A stretch of 54,201 nt of DNA, from contig CAYSPV010000004.1 in the NCBI GenBank assembly GCA_964433025.1, positions 8,458 through 62,658 of the forward strand, given 5' to 3'. A program made the translations under genes and the position numbers. The DNA comes from an uncultured Staphylococcaceae bacterium. GTDB taxonomy: Bacteria; Bacillota_I; Bacilli_A; RFN20; CAG-826. Below the pieces are notes generated by a model that searched no databases, had not been told where the DNA came from, and worked only from the letters and a program-made list of their open reading frames with translations. Positions 44,721 to 54,201 of this stretch are shown in pieces (the first letter of the stretch is position 1; each line of letters starts with the position of its first letter).

Positions 44721-45696
44721 ATTATATAGACGTAACTTTTTTGAAGGTATGGATTTATTTTTTAAATTAACTAAAAGACATTTTCTTGTCTTTTTTAAAA
44801 ATAAGATTCGTGTTTTTTATACGATGATTGTTCCGTGTGTTTTACTCGCAGTTTATATCGTATTTTTAAGATCGCTTGAAATCACTACAGTTAAAAATAT
44901 CTTATTAGAAAATGGTGTATCACTAGCAGAAGATGATCCCATCTATAAGATGATAGAAGCAGTAGTAGACTCATGGATGTTATCTGGTATTTTAATTTTA
45001 TCTACAATTACTGTTTCTATACAAACTAACAATATAATTGTTAATGATAAAGAAAATGGGGTTAATAGAGACTTTATGTCATCTCCTATATCTAATAAAT
45101 TTTTAATTGGTAGTTATTTTGTATTTAACTTTATCGTTACTTTAATGATCTGCTTAGTAGTGTTAATTATCTGTTTAATATATCTAGGAGTGATGGGAGA
45201 GTTTTATTTAGATTTTACAGATATTATATCTATATTAGGTGTATTAATATTGTCCACAGTAACTTCTACATTACTCACTATATTTGTTTGCTCATTTATT
45301 AAAAGAGAAGCTACATTAAGTTCACTTATTGCTATATCAAGTGCAGTAGCAGGCTTTTTAATTGGTGCTTATATGCCTCTATCTATGTTTCCTACTTGGT
45401 TAGGTAATGTATGTTGTTTTATTCCTGGAACTTATTCAGTAGGATTAATGAGATTTGCTTTTATGGATACAGGTATACAACAATTAACAGAGATGATGGA
45501 AAACTCTGCTTTAATTAGTAATGGTAGCGCTCTTATAGAAGAATTAACTCAAAACTTTGGCTATGGATTAGTCTGTTTTGATGTTAATATAGAGATACAA
45601 TATCAAGGACTTATTAATATCGTAGCAGTGCTTGTCTTATTAGTGTTAAACATTATTACCGCTAGATATTTAACAAAAGTTATTTCTAGTTCTTAA
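44707..45696 (+). CDS. ABC-2 type transporter permease
   Basis: 329 aa, six predicted TM helices, overlaps the ATPase stop. Confidence 0.75.
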   Translation: MKASRLYRRNFFEGMDLFFKLTKRHFLVFFKNKIRVFYTMIVPCVLLAVYIVFLRSLEITTVKNILLENGVSLAEDDPIYKMIEAVVDSWMLSGILILSTITVSIQTNNIIVNDKENGVNRDFMSSPISNKFLIGSYFVFNFIVTLMICLVVLIICLIYLGVMGEFYLDFTDIISILGVLILSTVTSTLLTIFVCSFIKREATLSSLIAISSAVAGFLIGAYMPLSMFPTWLGNVCCFIPGTYSVGLMRFAFMDTGIQQLTEMMENSALISNGSALIEELTQNFGYGLVCFDVNIEIQYQGLINIVAVLVLLVLNIITARYLTKVISSS

Positions 45697-45722
45697 TATA
45701 TTGTATAGATGGAGAAAATTAT

Positions 45723-46613
45723 ATGATTGAAATTAAAAATTTAACAAAAAGATTTGGCACAACCGTGGCCACGAACGATGTAACCTTAACATTTGATAAA
45801 GGTATTATCGGACTCGTGGGTCAAAATGGTGCAGGTAAATCAACCTTATTAAGATTAATCGCAGGTGTCTTATATCCTGATGAAGGTGAAATATTAATAG
45901 ATGGTAAACCTAATGATTTAAAACAATCAAAAGCCTCTGTTTTATTTTTAAATGATGATCCTTACGTACCATCTCCAAGAATTAATGATTTAATTAATCT
46001 TTATGATGCTTTATATGATTTTAATAAAGATATTTTTTATGAAATAATTAAAAAATTTAATCTTCCCATAAATAAAAAAATTACTAGTTTTTCAAAAGGA
46101 ATGACTAGACAATTATTTATTGCGATTACGCTAGCGATTGACGCAAAATATTATTTACTTGATGAAGCTTTTGATGGTTTAGATCCTTTATCATTACAAT
46201 TAATTAAACAAGAAATACTTAATTTATATAATAAAGACAAAACGATCATTATTTCATCTCATAATATAAGTGCTTTAGAAAGACTCGTAGATCGTTTTGT
46301 CATTATTTATAATGGTAAAATTAGCAATGATGATATTAATAAAAAATCTAATGAACAATTAATTAAATATCAAATCATGATAGATAATGAAAACTTTAAT
46401 GAAGAATATTTAAATAGTAATGGTTTTAATGTTGTTAGCTTTACTAAAGTTGGCTCTATTTATCATGTCGTGTTTTTAAGTGAGAATTCTAAAAATACTA
46501 TGAAAGCTTTAAAAAATAAATTTAAAGATATATCTCTTATAGAGCCAATCGCTATGAGTAGTGATGAAATAGTGTCCCTAGACATGGTACTTGCTAGAAA
46601 GGAAGGTAATTAA
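45723..46613 (+). CDS. ABC transporter ATP-binding protein (second system)
   Basis: GQNGAGKST, FSKGMTRQL, YLLDEAFDGLD. Confidence 0.88.
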   Translation: MIEIKNLTKRFGTTVATNDVTLTFDKGIIGLVGQNGAGKSTLLRLIAGVLYPDEGEILIDGKPNDLKQSKASVLFLNDDPYVPSPRINDLINLYDALYDFNKDIFYEIIKKFNLPINKKITSFSKGMTRQLFIAITLAIDAKYYLLDEAFDGLDPLSLQLIKQEILNLYNKDKTIIISSHNISALERLVDRFVIIYNGKISNDDINKKSNEQLIKYQIMIDNENFNEEYLNSNGFNVVSFTKVGSIYHVVFLSENSKNTMKALKNKFKDISLIEPIAMSSDEIVSLDMVLARKEGN

Positions 46614-46614
46614 T

Positions 46615-47790
46615 ATGCGTTTTAATAAATATATTAAATGGCAAATAAAACAATGGCTTCCTTTATTTATTATTACTTTTGTTATTTTAGCCACTGATTA
46701 TTTATTGTTTGCTTTAACTAGCAGCGGTTATAACTACTATGCAGTAATAAACGGATATACTCAAAGTTATTGGAATAATGAGGGTACAGGTTTATTAACT
46801 CTTTTAATACTTACTTTAATATGTGCGATTATATTTGCTATTTTTGCTTATGATTATCGTTTAAAGAAAAAAGAAGTTGATACTTTTATGCAAGCTCCTT
46901 TTTTTAAAAATAATTTAAGAATTACAAGGATTTTGATTGGACTTGCAATGATTTTAATAGCGTTTACATTAGTCTATTTTATAGGAATTATCATATTTTA
47001 TATTAAACAATATAATTTAGAAGAAGTATTAACAACAGGAAGTGGTGCAACCTATTATCTAACTAGATTTAATGGTTGGTATGTTATTTTATCTTATTTC
47101 TATTTAATTATTGTTATTACCATATTCTATCTATTTAATTGTTTAGTTGTCTCTTTTGCGGATACCATAAATGACACGGCTTTATTACTTACATGTTCTT
47201 ATTTAGTTATATTCTTTTTTGAGGCTTTAATATTTTACTCTTTATATGGTTTTACTAATTATAATAACGATACATTAAGAGAGTTAGCTCTATATTCATT
47301 AGCCTCATCACCTTTATGTTTCCCTGTAATGATCTTTTATATAGTGTTTAATAATTTGATAATGGGTATTGATATATCTATTGATAAATCATTAATAGGT
47401 GATCCAAGTACAGCGATTGTTTATATTAATATTATTTTGTTAGTCGCTATTATTGCCTTTGCAATTTATGTTTTATTTTTTAAAAAAGATCCTTCTGGTG
47501 AACATGCAGGAGTGGGTGGTCCTAGAAACTTTAAAATAAGTCTAATCGTTCATGTATTTATCTTTATGTTTGGACTTTTATATAATTTCTCTACCTTATT
47601 TTATTCTACCCATATTAAGGTAATATTCTTTTTTGGATTTTTAATCTTTTTTGCAGTTTTAGGCTATTGTTTACTTGCCCTTTATAATAGGTCATTTAAG
47701 ATAGGAAAATATAATTTATATGCTTATCTAACTAATATAGGAATTATATTTATCTTAGGATTAACATTTTCTCTTATAAGTGAATTTTAA
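46615..47790 (+). CDS. Polytopic membrane protein, probable permease partner of the preceding ATPase
   Basis: The ATG at 46615 follows GGAAGG and the upstream stop at 46613. At least 8 hydrophobic helices. Confidence 0.65.
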   Translation: MRFNKYIKWQIKQWLPLFIITFVILATDYLLFALTSSGYNYYAVINGYTQSYWNNEGTGLLTLLILTLICAIIFAIFAYDYRLKKKEVDTFMQAPFFKNNLRITRILIGLAMILIAFTLVYFIGIIIFYIKQYNLEEVLTTGSGATYYLTRFNGWYVILSYFYLIIVITIFYLFNCLVVSFADTINDTALLLTCSYLVIFFFEALIFYSLYGFTNYNNDTLRELALYSLASSPLCFPVMIFYIVFNNLIMGIDISIDKSLIGDPSTAIVYINIILLVAIIAFAIYVLFFKKDPSGEHAGVGGPRNFKISLIVHVFIFMFGLLYNFSTLFYSTHIKVIFFFGFLIFFAVLGYCLLALYNRSFKIGKYNLYAYLTNIGIIFILGLTFSLISEF

Positions 47791-47870
47791 ATTATATATA
47801 AAAAATATTTTTATTATTTATTAATAAATAATGTTAATATTTAATTAAGTGTTTTAGAAAGGATTTTAAT

Positions 47871-49100
47871 ATGAAAAAATCTATTATTAAAAATTATGCT
47901 CGTCTAATTGTAGAAGTAGGCGCGAATGTTCAAAAAGGACAAGATGTCATAATTAATAGTGACATCTCCAACTCCACATTTATCTCCTATCTAGTAGAAT
48001 ATGCTTATAAAAGAAAAGCTAGAACTGTTAAAGTTAATTGGACAGATCAAAATATTGATAAAATCAATTTTAAATATGGTCAAGTTAAAAATTTAGCACA
48101 AGTAGAAGATTGGGAAAAAGAAAAAATGGCCCATCAAGTAAGGACGTTGCCTGCGTTAATATATATTGAAAGTAATGATCCTGATGGATTAAAAGGAGTA
48201 AATCAAGATAAAGTAACTCAAATTCAAACCTTAAGAAGAAAAGTATTTAAACCATATAGAGATGAAATGGATTGTAAATATCAATGGACAATCGCAGGCT
48301 ATCCTAGTTATGCTTGGGCTAAAAAAGTATTTCCAAATGATACAAAAAAGATAGCCTATGAAAAACTATTTAAAGCCATACTAGAAACTTCAAGAGCGTA
48401 CATAGGTGATCCAATTGAAAACTGGAAAGAACACAATGAAAATTTAAATAAAAAGACTTCATATTTAAATTCTTTAAATTTAGATTATTTACATTATTAC
48501 GCATCTAATGGCACAGATTTTAAAGTTTGGTTAATGGATGATGGTCTTTGGCTAGCGGGTTCAGAAAAAACATTAAACACCAATATTGTCTATAATCCTA
48601 ACATTCCTAGTGAAGAATGTTTTACCACTCCTAGAAAGGGTAAAGCAGAAGGAATAGTGTACTCTTCAAAACCCTTATCCTTCCAAGGTCAATTAATAGA
48701 AGATTTTTATATTAGATTTAAAGATGGTAAAGCCATAGAAGCTAAAGCAAGAGTAAATGAAGAATTATTAAATAAGATGATTAATATGGATGAAGGTGCA
48801 TCTTATCTAGGTGAATGCGCTTTAGTGCCCTTTGACTCACCAATTAATAACACTAATATTTTATTTTATTCCACCTTATATGATGAAAATGCTTCATGTC
48901 ATTTAGCTTTAGGAGCAGGTTTTAATAACTGCGTTAAAGATTATGAAAAATATTCATTAGATGAATTAAAGCAAAAAGGTGTAAATGATTCTATTAGTCA
49001 TGTTGATTTTATGATCGGCACTGATGATTTAAATATTGATGGATATAGCAAAGATGGTAAAAAGATCGCTATTTTTAGAAAGGGTAATTGGGCATTTTAA
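47871..49100 (+). CDS. Aminopeptidase, M29 (AmpS/PepS) family
   Basis: 409 aa. [20 protein letters not shown] and [12 protein letters not shown] segments typical of M29 thermophilic metalloprotease-like enzymes. Confidence 0.8.
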   Translation: MKKSIIKNYARLIVEVGANVQKGQDVIINSDISNSTFISYLVEYAYKRKARTVKVNWTDQNIDKINFKYGQVKNLAQVEDWEKEKMAHQVRTLPALIYIESNDPDGLKGVNQDKVTQIQTLRRKVFKPYRDEMDCKYQWTIAGYPSYAWAKKVFPNDTKKIAYEKLFKAILETSRAYIGDPIENWKEHNENLNKKTSYLNSLNLDYLHYYASNGTDFKVWLMDDGLWLAGSEKTLNTNIVYNPNIPSEECFTTPRKGKAEGIVYSSKPLSFQGQLIEDFYIRFKDGKAIEAKARVNEELLNKMINMDEGASYLGECALVPFDSPINNTNILFYSTLYDENASCHLALGAGFNNCVKDYEKYSLDELKQKGVNDSISHVDFMIGTDDLNIDGYSKDGKKIAIFRKGNWAF

Positions 49101-49102
49101 TT

Positions 49103-50332
49103 ATGAGTTTATTTAGAAATGATAGAGAATTTTATGAAATTCTTATAAAAGAAAAAAGAAGACAAAAATATAATATCGAACTAATTGCATCTGAAAACTT
49201 TGTATCAAGAGACGTATTACAAGCAACAGGATCTATATTAACTAATAAATATGCAGAAGGATATCCAAGTAAACGTTATTATGGTGGTTGTGAATATGTT
49301 GATCAAATAGAAGAATTAGCTAAAGAAAGATTAAAGAAGTTATATGACGCTAAATATGTAAATGTTCAACCTCATTCAGGTTCTCAAGCTAATATGGCAG
49401 TATATAAAGCTTTATTAAACAATGGTGATGTTATATTAGGTATGGACCTTAACAGTGGAGGTCATTTAACTCATGGTTATAAACTATCATTTTCAGGACA
49501 AGATTATGTTTCTTATAGTTATGGTTTAGATCCCATAACTGAAACAATTGATTATGATAAAGTTAGAGAAATTGCTCTAGAAGTTAAACCTAAGATGATA
49601 GTAGCAGGCGCAAGTGCATATCCTAGAGATATTAACTTTAAAAAATTTAAAGAAATAGCAGATGAAATAGGAGCATATCTATTTGTAGATATGGCCCATA
49701 TTGCAGGACTTGTCGCAGCTAAAGTATTAGATAATCCATTAAAATATGCTGATGTTGTGTCTTCTACAACTCATAAGACCTTAAGAGGTCCTAGAGGAGG
49801 AATTATATTAACTAATAATGAAGAAATTTATAAAAAAATAAATAAAGCCGTATTCCCTGGATGTCAAGGTGGTCCTCTTATGCATATTATTGGTGCAAAA
49901 GCAATATGTTTTAAAGAAGCTTTATCAGATGAATTTGTTAAATATCAAAAACAAGTTGTTAGGAACGCTAAAGCGTTAGCGAATCAACTAATTAAACTAG
50001 GATATCATGTCATATCTAATGGTACGGATAATCATATAGTACTTGTGGATATTTATAAAACCTCATCTATAAGTGGTAAAGAAGCAGAAAAACTATTAGA
50101 AAAAGTAAATATTACCTGTAATAAAAACAGTGTTATTAACGATGTCTTACCTCCAATGACAGCCTCAGGCATTAGACTTGGAACACCTGCGATGACCACG
50201 AGAGGATTTAAAGAAGAAGATTTTATTAAGGTCGCTAATTTAATTGATGAAACATTACTAAATAAAAGACCTTTAAATGAAATAAAAAAAGATGTCATTA
50301 ATATGGTAAAAGATTTACCTCTAATTCGCTAA
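49103..50332 (+). CDS. glyA: Serine hydroxymethyltransferase
   Basis: IELIASENF, and [14 protein letters not shown] (PLP lysine). The ATG at 49103 is preferred over the track start at 49088. Confidence 0.93.
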   Translation: MSLFRNDREFYEILIKEKRRQKYNIELIASENFVSRDVLQATGSILTNKYAEGYPSKRYYGGCEYVDQIEELAKERLKKLYDAKYVNVQPHSGSQANMAVYKALLNNGDVILGMDLNSGGHLTHGYKLSFSGQDYVSYSYGLDPITETIDYDKVREIALEVKPKMIVAGASAYPRDINFKKFKEIADEIGAYLFVDMAHIAGLVAAKVLDNPLKYADVVSSTTHKTLRGPRGGIILTNNEEIYKKINKAVFPGCQGGPLMHIIGAKAICFKEALSDEFVKYQKQVVRNAKALANQLIKLGYHVISNGTDNHIVLVDIYKTSSISGKEAEKLLEKVNITCNKNSVINDVLPPMTASGIRLGTPAMTTRGFKEEDFIKVANLIDETLLNKRPLNEIKKDVINMVKDLPLIR

Positions 50333-50352
50333 ATTTTAGACTTTAAATATAA

Positions 50353-51702
<1,350 letters not shown>

Positions 51703-51727
51703 TATTTGATAATTAATTTAAATACAA

Positions 51728-51755
51728 AAGATGATCGTTGATCATCTTTTTTTAT
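51728..51755 (+). terminator. Rho-independent terminator after eno
   Basis: aagatgatc-gtt-gatcatctt stem followed by a T run. Confidence 0.75.
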
Positions 51756-51918
51756 AATCTAAACAAATATTTGTTGAAATAGAATCAAAAAAAGAGAAAA
51801 ATTAAGCATATTATTTTTTAAATTGACTCGTTAGTAGCAATTAAAACTTAATATAATCTTCAAATATTGTTTATATATAAAAACAATTTTATTAAATAAC
51901 TACAAAGGGGGTACTTTT

Positions 51919-53931
51919 ATGAAAAAAAGTAGGAAATTTTTATTATTATCTACAAGTATATTATTAGCAGGTGGTCTACTTGGGATAAGTTTAGCCAGTT
52001 CTTCACCCACTTCTTTAACTGGCGTAAGCGCTGAAGAAGTAAGTGACACTATTGATGAAAGTACAATAGATTATGGTGGCTCTACAACATTTACCTATAC
52101 TGGTGCTAGTGGTGCTGTTTATTATGGTGTTACTAATTATCTTGGTATGGATGGTGCTGTTGAACTACCATTTGATAGTAATTATGGTATTGTAACTACC
52201 ACTTCTGGAGGCACAATTAAAAGAATTGAAATTTATTGGGATCTTGATAATGGTTCTTGGCAATCTCTTGGTATTTATGCTAGAAATACAGCTTACACTA
52301 GTCCTAGTGATTTAGCTTCCTGGAATAGTGGAGGTGGTATCACTTATATTGACATTGAATCAGGTGTAAGTTCTGCTACTTATACTTTTACAGATTCTTA
52401 TGCATATGTTGGTATAGCAAGCTACTGGGGTAATGTAGCTTTTTATAGAGTAATATTTGTTTGGGATGATGGTAGTGTTACCACGATTTCTGATTTTAGC
52501 GCTACAGCAAGTACAACTGAATTTACTACTACTGAAGCATTAAATGAAGAAGTTTTCACTGTTAGTGGTACAAAAAGTGATAGTAGTGCTTTTACTTCAG
52601 ATGATTATACAGTTCAAATTGGTACATTAGTGGAAAATGAATTAACTAACGCTAGAGATGTAGTGTGGGGAAGTACTTATCCTTACGCTAGTGATAACAC
52701 GATTAGATTTACATCATTAGTGCCTAATACAAATGATGAATATCCTTATGTTGATATAACTATTAATGTAACTGAAACCGCTATTACATCAATTGTAATA
52801 AGTGGTGATATGTCTACTAAATCATATCGTGTTGATGATAGTTTTGATCCTAGTGGTCTAGTTGTTACTGGTTTACCTGCTGATGTAGATGTTACTAATT
52901 TAGTAACATGGTCATTTTCTCCTGAAGTGGCCACTGTTGGTGTAAGTGAAGTTACAGTAACTGCTAGTTATGGTGATATAACTACAAGTGTAGTAATCAG
53001 CGGTATTGAAGTTTCAAATACTGTTTTAGATACTTTAACTCCTGAAAGTTTAGGTATAACTTCTACAAGTGGTTTTGTAGATGTAACATATACAGGTAAT
53101 TCTGGTATCACATATCTAGGATATGTAATGTATCGTACATCAGATCCTGGTATTGTAATAAACGCTAATTATGAAAATTCTGGTATTTCTACTGTAAATA
53201 CAGGTACATATACTGTTAAAAGTATTACTCTAACCTTTACAACAAACAATGTTGTTAATAGTGGAAGTAATCCTGGTTCAACAAGTTCAAGTAATACAAG
53301 ACGTTATCTTGCAATATTTGCTAGTAATACAGCATATGAATATGCTGGTGTAGCTAATGTTGATGAAACACAAGTGGATACTGTTGAATATCCAGAAGAA
53401 AATGTTGTATATACATATACATACACATTTACTCGTAATTTTACTAACTTTAGATTAGCTAGTAATAGAAGTTATATTGACTTACTTTCTATTGAAGTAG
53501 AATGGAGTAAAGAAGCTATTATATCCGCAAGTGATGATGCTATATCATTTGCACAATCATTTTTAGCTGATTTAGTGTGTGATGAAACAGGTAATAGTGC
53601 TCCATCAGTAGATGAGTGGAACACTCTAGCAGCCTCTTATGCAACATTAAGTGATGAGGCTAAAGCATATATTAATGATGAAAGTAGTAATTCTGATATT
53701 ATTGCTTGTTTAGAAAGATATGATTATATCTTAGGAAAATATGGTGCAGATACGTACACTAATTTCTTAAATAGAGACATTATAAGTAGTGAATCTAACA
53801 CTATTGATAATCCAATTGTTAGTTCAGGTGATTATGTATTAATTCTTATCATTGCTGTTTCTTTATTAATAGTGACTACTGCAGGTGTATTCATTGTTAT
53901 GAATATTAAGAAAAAAGAATCTTCTAAATAA
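51919..53931 (+). CDS. Surface protein with signal peptide, two copies of the domain family shared with the 27728-30838 lipoprotein, Ig-like middle region and a C-terminal TM anchor
   Basis: N-terminal signal peptide (KFLLLSTSILLAGGLLGISLASS). C-terminal YVLILIIAVSLLIVTTAGVFIVMNIKKK. Domain similarity is described in the findings. Confidence 0.8.
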   Translation: MKKSRKFLLLSTSILLAGGLLGISLASSSPTSLTGVSAEEVSDTIDESTIDYGGSTTFTYTGASGAVYYGVTNYLGMDGAVELPFDSNYGIVTTTSGGTIKRIEIYWDLDNGSWQSLGIYARNTAYTSPSDLASWNSGGGITYIDIESGVSSATYTFTDSYAYVGIASYWGNVAFYRVIFVWDDGSVTTISDFSATASTTEFTTTEALNEEVFTVSGTKSDSSAFTSDDYTVQIGTLVENELTNARDVVWGSTYPYASDNTIRFTSLVPNTNDEYPYVDITINVTETAITSIVISGDMSTKSYRVDDSFDPSGLVVTGLPADVDVTNLVTWSFSPEVATVGVSEVTVTASYGDITTSVVISGIEVSNTVLDTLTPESLGITSTSGFVDVTYTGNSGITYLGYVMYRTSDPGIVINANYENSGISTVNTGTYTVKSITLTFTTNNVVNSGSNPGSTSSSNTRRYLAIFASNTAYEYAGVANVDETQVDTVEYPEENVVYTYTYTFTRNFTNFRLASNRSYIDLLSIEVEWSKEAIISASDDAISFAQSFLADLVCDETGNSAPSVDEWNTLAASYATLSDEAKAYINDESSNSDIIACLERYDYILGKYGADTYTNFLNRDIISSESNTIDNPIVSSGDYVLILIIAVSLLIVTTAGVFIVMNIKKKESSK

Positions 53932-53961
53932 TAAATAAAGATTTTATTAAATTAATCAATC

Positions 53962-53987
53962 AGGTGGTGGTCAAACACCACCTTTTA
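53962..53987 (+). terminator. Rho-independent terminator
   Basis: aggtggtg-gtcaaa-caccacct followed by tttt. Confidence 0.7.
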
Positions 53988-54135
53988 TATTGGTTTAATC
54001 TGTGTAGTACTTTTTTAATAAAACCAATCAATAAATACTTAAATTAATTAGTGATTACTAATGTTTTTGATAATTGATTCTAAAACAAACAAGTATTTTT
54101 CCTACACCCAATCTAATTAATTTAATTATTTATTG

Positions 54136-54157
54136 AAAAAAAAAAAAAAAAAAAAAA
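54136..54157. repeat. Homopolymeric poly(A)22 tract
   Basis: Counted directly: 5 + 10 + 7 A residues, preceded by ttg (giving TTGAAA). Confidence 0.95.
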
Positions 54158-54201
54158 CTTTTATCCTATTAATTTTTTTATTTAACTGTATTGTGGTATT
54201 T

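Overview
This is a 54.2-kb, very AT-rich bacterial chromosomal segment. It reads cleanly with the standard genetic code (TGA = stop; all long ORFs are intact). There are many lipobox lipoproteins, surface proteins are anchored by lipid or a C-terminal TM helix rather than LPXTG, and no wall-synthesis genes are in view. This suggests an Acholeplasma-like Mollicute or related low-GC Bacillota, but that taxon call is inference only. Layout: (1) 1-16.8 kb is housekeeping: type III glutamine synthetase (partial, absent from the supplied ORF track), rarA, deoD, cdaA-glmM, Nudix, a NERD-like protein, tRNA-Gly, a long-form gltX followed directly by tRNA-Glu(CUC), a lipoprotein, a DAG-kinase-like lipid kinase, a repeat-rich membrane protein, an SDR and a guanylate-kinase-like gene. 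(2) 16.8-21.5 kb is a tightly overlapping 8-gene operon encoding a minimal Tad/Flp-like type IV filament machine: a CpaF/VirB11-like ATPase, two half-size TadB/TadC-like platform proteins, a TadE-like protein and a 58-aa Flp-like pilin, plus three uncharacterised partner genes. This is my top candidate for an undescribed system. (3) 21.5-22.0 kb holds an orphan ACP, tRNA-Asn and tRNA-Glu(UUC). (4) 22.0-39.6 kb is an integrase-less defence/accessory island that starts right after the tRNAs. It contains a G-quadruplex-type decamer repeat, a promoter with a G8 tract in its spacer, a small 15-aa-repeat protein, a PvuRts1I-like type IV restriction enzyme, an AAA/DUF4143 - Fic - AAA/DUF4143 block, a 1036-aa repeat-laden lipoprotein, a type I R-M system (hsdM-S-R), a DUF4177 protein and an AAA_21 ATPase + RloB-like pair. 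(5) 39.7-54.2 kb holds a 5'-nucleotidase lipoprotein, an acyltransferase-like gene, a GT2 synthase with two ABC-2-type exporters, an M29 aminopeptidase, glyA, eno, a second surface protein paralogous to the island lipoprotein, and a poly(A)22 tract. I saw no CRISPR array, rRNA, transposase or integrase. All family assignments come from motifs recognised by eye; no database or HMM search was run, so they need confirmation.
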